From positions 6,320,043-6,384,042 of the forward strand of contig OZ252227.1 of the NCBI GenBank assembly GCA_965249175.1: DNA of 64,000 nt, written 5' to 3'. Below, piece by piece: positions 43,174-53,143 of this stretch. This stretch comes from Vicinamibacterales bacterium. GTDB lineage: Bacteria > Acidobacteriota > Vicinamibacteria > Vicinamibacterales > UBA8438. The stretch's first letter is position 1. Each line of letters opens with the position of its first letter. A program made the position numbers and the translations under genes. The notes under the pieces are model-generated. The model made no database searches and was not told the DNA's origin. It saw only the letters and a program-made list of their open reading frames with translations.

Positions 43174-45192
43174 CTACATCGAGGTGGGGAGCGCGAACGC
43201 GACGTACTCACCCGAGTACGGCCCACCGCTGATCGCCACCACGATGTATTGCCGGCCGTCAAGCAGGTACGTCATTGGCGACCCTGACTGCGGCGCGGGC
43301 ATGAAGACCGCGCCGACATCGACACCGGTCGCCTTGTCGTACGCGCGGAGCATGGCGCCCCGCCCGTCTTCCGTCGCGTGGTAGCTGCACTCGCCGATAA
43401 CGACCAGTGTCTTGGTCACCAGCGGTCCGACGAGTCCGGCGCAGAGCTCGCCCGTGCGCGGGATCTCGAGATCGGCCAGCGCCGGGTGAAGACGCACGCG
43501 GTCCGGTGTCTCGCCGTGTGGTGTCTGCCAGATGAGTTCCCCCCGGTCGAGGTCGATCGCCGAGAGCCGGCCATACGGCGGCTTCGACAACGGCAGTCCC
43601 CGCACGTTCAGATCGCGCAGGCCGCCATGGCCGACCCCGTGCATCGGCGTGCCCTTGACGTAGCGCATGTCCGAGACGTCGCCGCTGGGCGGAGGGATCA
43701 GCTCCCACGAATAGAAGGCGGTGCGCGACGGCACGTAGACGACGTGGGTTTCCGGGTCGTATGCCCCGCCGGGCCAGTTCGTGCCGCCGCTCCCGGCCCC
43801 GAGTCCGAGCGTGGCGATCGGTCCTTCCTCGCGACTAACGACCGGTGGGGTGAAGATCGGGCCCAGCTTGTAGCGCGACACGACCGCCTCGGCCTCCGCC
43901 CGCAGCTCTGGCGTGAAGTCGATCAGGTCGTCGAACGACGAGCCCTGCTTGTCATAGGGCGGAGGCTTCGTCGGGAACGGCTGCGTCGGCGCGTACCACT
44001 CACCCGGGACGTCACCCTGCGGCACCGGCCGCTCTTCGATCGGCCAGACCGGCTCGCCCGTGACCCGGTCGAAGACGTAGAGGAAGGCCTGCTTGCTCGG
44101 CACCGCAACCGCTTTGATCTCGCGGCCGTCGACGGTGATGTCCGCGAGGATCGGCGGGCACGCCATGTCGAAACCCCAGAGCGGGTGGTGCACGAACTGG
44201 AAGTGCCACAGGCGCTCGCCGGTCCGCAGGTCGACGGCGACCAGGCTCTCGCCGAAGAGGTTGTCACCTGGTCGATGACCGCCGTAGTAGTCGCCCGTGG
44301 GTGTCTCGACCGGCAGGTAGACGATGCCGAGATCGGCGTCGACGGAGATCTGCGTCCAGACGCCGTTGTTCCCGTTGACACCCCAGGAATCGTTGACCCA
44401 CGTCTCGTGGCCGACCTCACCCGGCCCCGGAACCGTCCGGAACGTCCACAGTCGCTCGCCGGTACGGACGTCGAACGCCTGGACCAGTCCCTTGGTGTTG
44501 TTGTGGGTCGGTGGAGCCGGCGCATCGGCGAACGCGCCGCCGACGATGACCACATCGCGGGCCACCGTCGGTGTGGCGTGCAGGCCGATCTCACCGCTCA
44601 CCGGGTCGATGCGCCGGCCCTCGCCGTATACCGCCGCCGCCTTCAAATCGATGCGGCCGTCCGTCCCGAAGCCGGGCACCCTCAGCCCTGTTGCGGCATC
44701 GAGCGCGACGAGCCGGAATCCCAGGGTGACATAAAGGACGCGCGCGTCCGTTCCGTCGGTCCAATACGACAGACCGCGGCCCGAGAGGAGACGCGGGGCG
44801 CCGGCGGCGCGCTCCCCCTCATCCTCCCCATGGACCCAGCGAAGCTCCCCGGTGCCGGCGTCGAGGGCGACGACCGACCGGCGGGTGCCGCCGGTCGCGA
44901 ACAGCACGCCGCCGACCATGAGCGGCGTTCCCTCCAGCTTGAACTCGGGGCGCGGGCCGAGGTTGTCGGTCTTGAAACGCCACGCCACTTCGAGATCGGC
45001 GAAGTTGGACGCGTCGATCTGATCCAGCGGGGAGTAGCGTGTATGGGCGATGTCGCCGCCGTACGCTGGCCACTCGCCGGCGGCGGTCGACGGTGGGGAT
45101 TGCGCCTGGGCGAGCACACCCGCGGTCACCCATGCGAGCGCCGCGGTGACCGCGAACGCCGGTCGCAGTGTTCGGGTCAGGAAGCTGGACAT
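43174..45192 (-). CDS. soluble PQQ-dependent dehydrogenase (alcohol/glucose dehydrogenase family)
   Basis: 672 aa with a signal peptide. GEWPAYGGDIAHTRYSPLDQI, EVAWRF, GTPLMVGGVLFATG, VVALDAGTGELRWVH, eight-bladed W-motif pattern. Confidence 0.85.
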   Translation of the reverse strand: MSSFLTRTLRPAFAVTAALAWVTAGVLAQAQSPPSTAAGEWPAYGGDIAHTRYSPLDQIDASNFADLEVAWRFKTDNLGPRPEFKLEGTPLMVGGVLFATGGTRRSVVALDAGTGELRWVHGEDEGERAAGAPRLLSGRGLSYWTDGTDARVLYVTLGFRLVALDAATGLRVPGFGTDGRIDLKAAAVYGEGRRIDPVSGEIGLHATPTVARDVVIVGGAFADAPAPPTHNNTKGLVQAFDVRTGERLWTFRTVPGPGEVGHETWVNDSWGVNGNNGVWTQISVDADLGIVYLPVETPTGDYYGGHRPGDNLFGESLVAVDLRTGERLWHFQFVHHPLWGFDMACPPILADITVDGREIKAVAVPSKQAFLYVFDRVTGEPVWPIEERPVPQGDVPGEWYAPTQPFPTKPPPYDKQGSSFDDLIDFTPELRAEAEAVVSRYKLGPIFTPPVVSREEGPIATLGLGAGSGGTNWPGGAYDPETHVVYVPSRTAFYSWELIPPPSGDVSDMRYVKGTPMHGVGHGGLRDLNVRGLPLSKPPYGRLSAIDLDRGELIWQTPHGETPDRVRLHPALADLEIPRTGELCAGLVGPLVTKTLVVIGECSYHATEDGRGAMLRAYDKATGVDVGAVFMPAPQSGSPMTYLLDGRQYIVVAISGGPYSGEYVAFALPTSM
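43182..43249. repeat. 68-bp perfect direct repeat, copy B (inside the 3' end of the intact PQQ dehydrogenase gene)
   Basis: Identical to 33504-33571. Confidence 0.95.
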
Positions 45193-45223
45193 GCTGTCAG
45201 TAGCGCGCGGCTTCAGCCGCGAC

Positions 45224-45289
45224 GGCAGGCCTAAAGGCCTGCCCTACTACGAGGCTTCGTGGCTTTCAACCCTGCAGGCAAAGGCCTGC
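45224..45289. repeat. two copies of a REP-like hairpin in a 98-bp intergenic region
   Basis: GGCAGGCC-taaa-GGCCTGCC followed by CTACTAC (45224-45250), and GCAGGC-aaag-GCCTGC followed by GCTACTGC (45274-45297). Neither has a trailing U-run on the transcribed strand. Confidence 0.5.
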
Positions 45290-45290
45290 G

Positions 45291-47075
45291 CTACTGCGCG
45301 GCCGCGCTCGCCGCGGGCACGTTGCCGCGCGGTTTGAGCGCCGCGATACCGGGTCCCGCGTCGGTCCGGAGGGTGAACCAGAGCGTCCCGTCCGCGTCCC
45401 GATCGAGCTTCGGTGTATGGGCTCGGTATTCTGGGAACGGGAAGTAGGTGAACTCCTGGGTCTGCTGGTCGAACTTCACCAGCGAGTTGTAGATCCCGTT
45501 CTCGACCCACAGGTTGTCGTCATCGTCCGGCCACAGGTCGTAGGGGTTGCCATCCTTCAGCGGCAACTCGAACTCCGTGACCTCCCCGGTCACCGGGTCG
45601 ACGCGGGAGATGGCGTTGCCAAAGTAGTGCGCGGCCCACACCTTGCCCTTCGAATCGATCGTCGGCCGACGCGCGGGGTTCGACATCGGATACGACGTCC
45701 ACTCGGCCGTCTCCTGGTTGTACATGAAGATCGCCGGGGTATGCAGCCCGACCGCCCAGACCCGATCCTGTCGGTCGACGACGATGCCGTAACCGCTGAA
45801 CCCGGCAAGCGGCTCCCACTCGGTGAAGTCTTTCGTCGCCAGCTCGAACCGCGCGATCTTTCCCGACGAGGCGAAGTAGGTGTACCAGAAGTTTCCGCGC
45901 GAATCGACCCAGAGACTGTGCGGGCCGGCGCCCGTGGTGGGCATCGGGTAGCGGGTCATCACGTCGGTGACCGGGTCGAGCTCGCCGAAATGGTCGCCGC
46001 TCAACTCTACCCAGTACACCTTGCCGCGGTATTCCAGGATGCCGTGGGGGGTGACGTTGATGTTGTCGGGGTTGTCGATCCAATACTCGGTCGTCCTCGT
46101 GGCGAAGTCGGGGTCGTGCGTGTCCACTTTCAGGATGGCGTTCGACCCGTTGCCCGAGACCCAGATGACCCCTGGGTCCGCCGTGCTGGCCCAGACGCTG
46201 TGAATGCTCCCGCTCGGCGTCACCCCGTTCGAAAGTGGCCGCGGCGGCGGTGCGCGGTTCAGCTCATACTGGATGTACACCGCCTGCGACAGCGCCGCTT
46301 CGTCCCGCACCAGCGGATCGAGCTCGAGGTCGCGCGGTACGGAGCCCGGCCCGAAGTTCTCCGCCAGATACTGGATGATGCTCTCCTTCTCCTCCATCGA
46401 CACTAGGTCGTAGGTTACCTGCGGAACGCCCGCCGCCATGTTGGCGACACGGCCGTTCGGATCGAACATGCGGTCGACCGCGTGTCGCCACCCCGCTTCG
46501 TTCTTGCGACCGCGGCGGTGGAACCCGGCGGGGCCGTGGCAGCCGAAGCAGGAGCGAAGCATGACGTCGCGGGCGGGGCTCGGTGGATAGAGAGTGTCGA
46601 AATCGACCAACTCCGCCACGCGATCGTCCGACGCCCGCCCGCCGTAGTTCCGCTGCGCCGTCGCGCCGCGCGCGCCGGCGCCCTGTGCCGTGGCGGGCGT
46701 GGTGGCGGTCACCTCGAGATTCGCCGTGGTGGTTCCTCCCGGCGTCACGGGGACGGTCGCGACCGGTGAGCTGAACCCGTCTTCGAGCACCTGCACGGTA
46801 TACGTGCTCGGCGGCAGGTTGAAGATCTGATAGCGGCCGCCGACGGTGTACACGGTGTACGAGATGCGATGCACCGAATCCCGCGCCTTCACGCGGAAGG
46901 CCCTGATCTCCCCCTGGTCGGCTGTGACGCGGCCGGCGATGACGCCGGGCGCCTGGTTGTCCTGCGCCGCGGCCGGCGCGGGCCTGCCGAGCGACGCCAC
47001 GCTCAGCGCGGCAAGTGAGAGGAGCACGGCGATCGGGGACGTGCGACGGCGCGGGGAGGTCGGTCGTGTTTCCAT
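45291..47075 (-). CDS. secreted CarboxypepD_reg-like domain / c-type heme motif / Vgb-lyase-like beta-propeller protein
   Basis: 594 aa with a signal peptide. GVIAGRVTAD...YQIFNLPPSTYTVQVLEDGF, then CFGCHGPAGFH (CxxCH), then propeller repeats (GPHSLWVDSRGNFWYTYFASSGKIARF...). Confidence 0.75.
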   Translation of the reverse strand: METRPTSPRRRTSPIAVLLSLAALSVASLGRPAPAAAQDNQAPGVIAGRVTADQGEIRAFRVKARDSVHRISYTVYTVGGRYQIFNLPPSTYTVQVLEDGFSSPVATVPVTPGGTTTANLEVTATTPATAQGAGARGATAQRNYGGRASDDRVAELVDFDTLYPPSPARDVMLRSCFGCHGPAGFHRRGRKNEAGWRHAVDRMFDPNGRVANMAAGVPQVTYDLVSMEEKESIIQYLAENFGPGSVPRDLELDPLVRDEAALSQAVYIQYELNRAPPPRPLSNGVTPSGSIHSVWASTADPGVIWVSGNGSNAILKVDTHDPDFATRTTEYWIDNPDNINVTPHGILEYRGKVYWVELSGDHFGELDPVTDVMTRYPMPTTGAGPHSLWVDSRGNFWYTYFASSGKIARFELATKDFTEWEPLAGFSGYGIVVDRQDRVWAVGLHTPAIFMYNQETAEWTSYPMSNPARRPTIDSKGKVWAAHYFGNAISRVDPVTGEVTEFELPLKDGNPYDLWPDDDDNLWVENGIYNSLVKFDQQTQEFTYFPFPEYRAHTPKLDRDADGTLWFTLRTDAGPGIAALKPRGNVPAASAAAQ

Positions 47076-47193
47076 CAGTCCCTCCGCTCAGGGGTAGACG
47101 CGGTTCGACCGACCGTACCATGGCGTCCCCCCGGGTTCAACCGGCCCATGGCCGATCGGGCGGGGCGCCGTCGATGCGGATGTAAGATGTGGC

Positions 47194-49664
47194 ATGCGGG
47201 CGCGGGCGTTGACGGTGTGCCTGGCGGTCCTCGCGGCGTGCGCGTGGGCGCCTCGTGCAGGTGCCGCCCGGCACCCGGAGACCGCTGGCAACCCGCAAAC
47301 GCGTCCAGCGCGTCCCGCGACTGGAGCGGCGACCCCGCAGCGCGCCCTGCTCGATCGCTACTGTGTCACCTGCCACAACACGCGGTTGAAAACCGGCGGT
47401 CTCGCGCTCGACGGGGTGGACGTCACCGATGTCGGCGCGGCCCCCGCGCTCTGGGAGCAGGTCGTCCAGAAGTTGCGTGGCGGGATGATGCCGCCGGCGG
47501 GCCGGCCGCGCCCCGATCAGCATACCTACGACGAGTTCCGATCGTGGCTGGAAACGGGGCTCGACCGTGTGGCCGCGACGCGGCCGGAGCCTGGTCGCGT
47601 CCCCACCCATCGCCTGAACCGCGCCGAGTACGCGAACGCCATTCGCGACCTGCTCGCGCTGGATGTCGACGTCGCCTCGCTACTGCCCGCGGATGACTCC
47701 GGTCACGGGTTCGACAACCTGGCCGGCACGCTCGCGCTCTCGCCCGTCCTGCTCGAACGCTATATGTCGGCGGCGCGGCGGATCAGCCGGCTCGCGGTCG
47801 GTGATCCGACGATCGGCCCAGGATTCACATCGAAGACCTACGTCGTGCCGATCAACATGGCGCAGAACGACCGGATGAGCGAGGACCTGCCGTTCGGGTC
47901 GCGCGCCGGCATCGCGGTTCGCCACCGGTTTCCGCTCGACGGCGAGTACGTCATCAGGATCCGATTGAAGCGGAGCGTCTACGAGTACATCGTCAACCTC
48001 GACGAAGTGCACGACCTCGACCTGCGGCTGGATGGCCAGCGCATCGCCCGTTTCAGCGTGGGCGGTGGAGGTGGGGGCACGCCAGCGCCGGTCAGTTTCT
48101 CGGGGACCTTCGTGGCGGCCGGCGACGCGGCATACCCGAGCCAGGAATGGGACGACTACCGCACGGGCGCCGATGCCGATCTTGCCGCGTGTCGTTCGTG
48201 GGCAAGGCGTGGGAACACGAAGGCGTGCTGCAACCGCCGCTCAGGGAATACGGCGCGACCGTCACGGAGACCACGGACACGTCGTCGCGCCCGGAAGGGC
48301 CTGGTATCGAGAGCGTGGCCGTCGATGGTCCCTACGCGGTGACGGGGCCGGGTGAGACCGCGAGCCGCCAACGGATCTTTGTCTGCCGGCCGGAGGGCGG
48401 CGCCGGTAGTGCCGAGGCGCAGTGCGCGAGGACGATTCTTTCGACCTTGGCGCGGCGCGCGTATCGCCGCCCGGCCACCGACGCTGATGTCGAGCCACTG
48501 CTTCCGTTCTACGAGTCCGGGCGCGCGCGGGGTGGCTTCGACGAGGGCATCCAGGCGGCGCTCGAGCGCATCCTCATCGACCGGGAGTTTCTGTTCCGCA
48601 TCGAGCGCGATCCGGCCGATGTGGCGTCCGGCGCCCCGTACCAGCTCAGCGATCTCGAGCTCGCGTCCCGATTGTCGTTCTTCCTCTGGAGCAGCATTCC
48701 CGATGACGAGCTGCTTGACGTTGCGACCCGCGGGCATCTGTCCGATCCCGACGTCCTCGAGCAGCAGGTCCGGCGCATGCTGGACGACGTGCGCGCCACG
48801 GCACTCGTCGACAACTTCGCTGGCCAATGGCTGTCGCTTCGCAGCGTCGACGGCATCGCTCCCGATCCGAACCTGTTTCCCGGGTTCGACGAGAACCTCC
48901 GCGAGGCGTTGAGACGCGAGACCGAGCTGTTCGTCGAGAGCCAGCTCCGTGAGGATCGGGGCGTCGTCGAGCTGTTGGGGGCCGATTACACGTATCTCAA
49001 CGAACGGCTCGCCCGGCACTACGGCGTGCCGAACGTGCGCGGCAGCCGGTTCCGGCGGGTGACACTGGATGATGATCGCCGTCACGGCCTGCTCGGCCAC
49101 GGCAGCATTCTGGCGGTGACGTCCTACGGCAACCGGACGTCGCCGGTGCTCCGGGCGAAGTGGTTGCTCGAGAACGTCCTCGGCACACCCCCGTCGCCGC
49201 CCCCGGCGGACGTGCCGGCGCTGCCAGACGCCGGCGACGCGGATGACCCGCGCACGGTCCGCGAGCGTCTCGCCATGCACCGGCGGAGCTCGGCGTGCGC
49301 GGTGTGCCACGCGCCGATGGATCCGCTCGGCTTCGCGCTCGAAAACTTCGACGCGATCGGGGCGTGGCGCACCACCGACGCCGGCCTGCCGATCGATGCC
49401 GCGGCGGTCCTCGCCGACGGCGTGACGACGTTCAACGGTCCGTCGGAGCTGCGCGAGGTGCTTCTCGGTCGCTCGCCGCAGTTCGTGGAAACCGTGACGG
49501 AGAAGCTCCTCATCTACGCCCTCGGCCGGGGACTCGAGCACTACGACCGGCCGGTCATCCGCGCGATCGTGCGAGATGCCGAAGCGCAGAACTACCGCTG
49601 GTCGGCGCTGATCCTGGGCATCGTCGACAGCACGCCGTTTCGGATGCGGAGGTCGGAGTCATGA
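47194..49664 (+). pseudogene. DUF1592-family heme-motif protein (copy 2), frameshift near 48180-48195
   Basis: ORFs 47194..48342 and 48147..49664 are the two halves of one homolog of 23027..25477 (CVTCHNTRLKTGGLALDG...; ...SRLSFFLWSSIPD, DNFAGQWLSLRSV, CAVCHAPMDPLGFALENFD). The join is ...RTGADADL | VSFVGKAWEHEGVLQPP. Confidence 0.75.
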
Positions 49665-51034
49665 TCATCACGAAGCGGGCGCTGCCGCGGCGCACGGTGC
49701 TACGCGGCATCGGGGCGACGGTGGCGCTGCCGCTTCTTGACGGGATGGTGCCGGCGCTGACTGCCCTGGCCCAAACCGCGGCCCGCCCGATCAAGCGCTT
49801 CGGTGTCGTCTATGTGCCGAACGGCGTCGTGATCGATCAGTGGACGCCGGCGACCGATGGCGCCGGTTTCGAGCTCTCGCCGATCCTCGCGCCGCTGGCG
49901 CCGTTCCGCGACCGCCTGATCGTGTTGACCGGGCTGACTCAGAACGTCAACGGTCTGGCCGCCCAGAGTGGCGCCGTTCATGGCCGCTGCGCGACGAAGT
50001 TTCTCACCGGGGCGATCCCACGACCGTTCGGGCAAGAGGGCGACGACTTCCTGGCCGGCGTCTCCCTCGATCAACTCATCGCAAAGGAACTGGGTCGGGA
50101 GACGCAGCTCGGGTCGCTGGAGCTGTCGCTGGAGTCGGGCGACAAGGGCGCCGGCACGTGCGACGGCGGCTATAGCTGCACCTACAGTCACACCATCACG
50201 TGGCGGGGTCCGAGGACGCCGCTTCCGATGGAGCACAACCCGCGCGTCGTCTTCGAGCGGATGTTCGGAGACGGCGGCAGTACCGACGCGGGCGCGCGAC
50301 AGGCGCGGATTGAGCATGACCGGAGCCTCCTCGACTCGGTGACGGGCAAAGTCGCGGACCTCACGCGCGCGCTTGGCCCGAGCGACGCGAGCAAGCTGCG
50401 CGAGTATCTGGAGGCGGTGCGCGATATCGAGCGGCGGATCCAGCGGGCCGAGGAGCAGGTGGACCGCGAGCTTCCCGCCTTCGACCAGCCCGCGGGTGTG
50501 CCGGCGACGTTCGCCGAGCATGCACGGTTGATGTTCGATTTGCAGCTCCTCGCCTACCAGAGCGATCTGACCCGTGTCATCACCTTCATGGTGGGTCGTG
50601 AGTTCAGCAGCCGCACGTATCCCGAGATCGGCGCTCCCGGCGGGCACCACCCCTTGTCGCACGAGCACAGCGCCGCGAGCCAGGAGCAGCTCGCGCGGAT
50701 CAACGTCCATCACGCGACGCAGTTCGCGTACTACCTCGATCGCCTCGCGGCAACGCCCGACGGCGACGGCTCGCTGCTCGACCACGTGATCCTCTACTAC
50801 GGAGCGGGCATGGCCGAGGGCGATCACCAGCCGTGGAATCTGCCAATAGTCCTGGCGGGGGGAGGCGCTGGGGCGCTTCGCGGCGGGCGACACATTCGAT
50901 ATGCAGCCGATCCCGGCGCCACCCGATCCGTTGAGGGCGGCACGCCGTTGGCCAACCTGCATGTGACCGTGCTGGAGAAGCTCGGCATGCGCATCGACGC
51001 CGTCCACGACAGTACGGGCCGCTTGGATCTTTAG
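49661..51034 (+). CDS. DUF1552 domain protein with a Tat-type signal (copy 2)
   Basis: ATG at 49661 overlaps the upstream stop (ATGA). MIITKRALPRRTVLRGIGATVALPLLDGM... Colinear with 25501..26844. Confidence 0.8.
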   Translation: MIITKRALPRRTVLRGIGATVALPLLDGMVPALTALAQTAARPIKRFGVVYVPNGVVIDQWTPATDGAGFELSPILAPLAPFRDRLIVLTGLTQNVNGLAAQSGAVHGRCATKFLTGAIPRPFGQEGDDFLAGVSLDQLIAKELGRETQLGSLELSLESGDKGAGTCDGGYSCTYSHTITWRGPRTPLPMEHNPRVVFERMFGDGGSTDAGARQARIEHDRSLLDSVTGKVADLTRALGPSDASKLREYLEAVRDIERRIQRAEEQVDRELPAFDQPAGVPATFAEHARLMFDLQLLAYQSDLTRVITFMVGREFSSRTYPEIGAPGGHHPLSHEHSAASQEQLARINVHHATQFAYYLDRLAATPDGDGSLLDHVILYYGAGMAEGDHQPWNLPIVLAGGGAGALRGGRHIRYAADPGATRSVEGGTPLANLHVTVLEKLGMRIDAVHDSTGRLDL

Positions 51035-52971
51035 TGCTCAGGGCTCAGGGCTCAAGGCTCGCCGTTGCGGTGCTGGTTGCCGCTCTCGCGGCGACTGCCG
51101 TTGCAACCACGCAGGAGCCGAGCGGAGTGCTGCCGCTGATCGAGGCCGTGCGGCAGCAGGACGCGGCTGCCGTTCGATCTCTGGTGTCCGGGCGCGTCGA
51201 CGTGAGCGCGGCGCAGCCCGACGGCGCGACGGCGCTCCATTGGGCGGTCCATCGGGAGGACCGCGACATCGCGGCACTCCTGATTCGCGCAGGCGCCGAC
51301 GTGAACAAGGCGAACGACCTCGGGGTCACGCCCCTCCTGATGGCGTCCGACCGTGGCAATGCCGACCTCGTCGAGCAGTTGCTGGTGGCGGGCGCCGATC
51401 CGGACGCGGCCCTTTCTGGTGGGGAGACGGCGTTGATGGTTGCGGCCCGGGCGGGCAATCTTGATGCGGTGAACGCGTTGCTCGCGCACGGCGCGAACGC
51501 GAACGCGACCGAAGCGACCCGTACCCAATCGGCCCTCATGTGGGCCGTCGCGAACACGCACCCGCAGATCACGCAGGCGCTCATCCGGAACGGCGCGGAC
51601 GTCGACGCGCGCTCCGCCACGAGACGCGGGGTCTTCAACATGGGCGGGAGCCGCTCGGCCGGTTCGGCGTCACGGGGCATCGCCCTCCAGGAAGTGGAGC
51701 TGGGTGGGAGCACACCGCTGCTGTTCGCGGCACGGTCCGGTGACCTGGAGTCCGCGCGTCTCCTGGTCGCCGCGGGCGCCGATGTGCGCGACACCACCGC
51801 CGACGGAAACACCGCCTTGGTGATCGCCGCGCATAGCGGCCATGGGTTGCTGGCCGCGTTCCTGCTCGACGCCGGAGCCGACCCGAACGCCGCCCCCCTC
51901 GGCTATACCGCGCTCCATGCGGCAGTGCTCCGAGGCACGCTGCGCGACCGCGCGGTCGCAAATGAGGATCCCGGTGTTGGCGTGGCCCTCGTGCGCGCCC
52001 TCCTCGCACGCGGCGCCGATCCCGACGCGCGCCTCACGAAGGGCACGCCGGTCAGGCGCTGGAGCCACGACTTCGCCTTCATGGATCGGTGGGTCGGGGC
52101 GACACCGTTCTGGCTGGCCGCCAAGTTTCTCGAAGTGGAGATGATGCGTGTCCTGGCCGACGCCGGGGCGGATCCACGGTTGCCGAGCCGCGATGGCACC
52201 ACGCCGCTGATGGCAGCGGCCGGACTCGGCTACAGCCGGGGTGGCGGAAGCGCCTTCATCAAGGACCGCCGAGACTTCTCCTCATACAACCCCGTCGCCT
52301 CGGCCGAGCTAGGTTCGACGATTCCTGCGGCGGAGGAGCGGCGGGCGCTCGAGGCCGTGACGGTGGCGATCGAGCTGGGGGCCATCGTCGACACGGCCAA
52401 CGACGTCGGCGACACGGCGCTGCACGCCGCGGCGTCGCACGGCATGAACATGGTGATCGAGATGCTGGTGCGTCGAGGCGCCGACCTCCACGCGGCGAAC
52501 AGTCGCGGCCAGACGCCCCAGGCGCTGGCTGTCTTCTCGGACGGCATTGCGGGCGACCGGTTTGTGCGCGAGAGTACGGCGGATCTGCTCAGCGCCTTGG
52601 ACGACAGCAACAGCGACACCGCGCACCCGACCGAGCCGCACGCCCACCCGGTGGCTCGAGCCTTGACGAACCCGGTGGCTCCGGGCCCCGAATCCGTCGC
52701 AGCGGGCGCGGTGACCTACCGGAGGATGTGCGCCACCTGTCACGGGCCGACCGGCCGGGGTGACGGCGGTCTGGCCGCCGCGACCGCGGCCTACGGGACG
52801 CGTCCATCGAACCTCGCGGATGCCACCTGGCAGCACGGTTCCAGCGGCGGAGAGATCTTCGTCGCGATCCGCGACGGGATTGGGCCCGATTTCACCATGG
52901 ACGGCTTCGGCGGTCGGCTCGACGAGCCTGAGATGTGGAGTCTCGTGAACTACCTGAAGAGCCTTCGCTAG
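51034..52971 (+). CDS. secreted ankyrin-repeat protein with a fused C-terminal c-type cytochrome domain (copy 2)
   Basis: GTG overlaps the upstream TAG by 1 nt. ANK repeats colinear with 26873..28510. C-terminus ...AGAVTYRRMCATCHGPTGRGDG...GGEIFVAIRDG...MWSLVNYLKSL. Confidence 0.8.
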   Translation: MLRAQGSRLAVAVLVAALAATAVATTQEPSGVLPLIEAVRQQDAAAVRSLVSGRVDVSAAQPDGATALHWAVHREDRDIAALLIRAGADVNKANDLGVTPLLMASDRGNADLVEQLLVAGADPDAALSGGETALMVAARAGNLDAVNALLAHGANANATEATRTQSALMWAVANTHPQITQALIRNGADVDARSATRRGVFNMGGSRSAGSASRGIALQEVELGGSTPLLFAARSGDLESARLLVAAGADVRDTTADGNTALVIAAHSGHGLLAAFLLDAGADPNAAPLGYTALHAAVLRGTLRDRAVANEDPGVGVALVRALLARGADPDARLTKGTPVRRWSHDFAFMDRWVGATPFWLAAKFLEVEMMRVLADAGADPRLPSRDGTTPLMAAAGLGYSRGGGSAFIKDRRDFSSYNPVASAELGSTIPAAEERRALEAVTVAIELGAIVDTANDVGDTALHAAASHGMNMVIEMLVRRGADLHAANSRGQTPQALAVFSDGIAGDRFVRESTADLLSALDDSNSDTAHPTEPHAHPVARALTNPVAPGPESVAAGAVTYRRMCATCHGPTGRGDGGLAAATAAYGTRPSNLADATWQHGSSGGEIFVAIRDGIGPDFTMDGFGGRLDEPEMWSLVNYLKSLR

Positions 52972-53143
52972 GGTCCGCCGGCACTGTCACGGCGAGGTCG
53001 AGCGTAGCAGAGATGGGCATGATCCCCCCCGCACTGCACCCAGCGAGCTACTGCCGGCTCGGCTGCAGCGCGCGCCGGGCTGCTAGGCCGACAACGCCTC
53101 GAGCAGTCGTCACCGAACTTCGCGAGCAGATAAGCTGACGCGC

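Noticed and set aside
51037-51057. 7-bp tandem repeat CTCAGGG CTCAGGG CTCAAGG at the 5' end of the ankyrin-cytochrome gene as a phase-variation switch
   Set aside because: There are only three imperfect copies, far below the tract lengths that give appreciable slippage. It encodes part of a normal-looking signal peptide.
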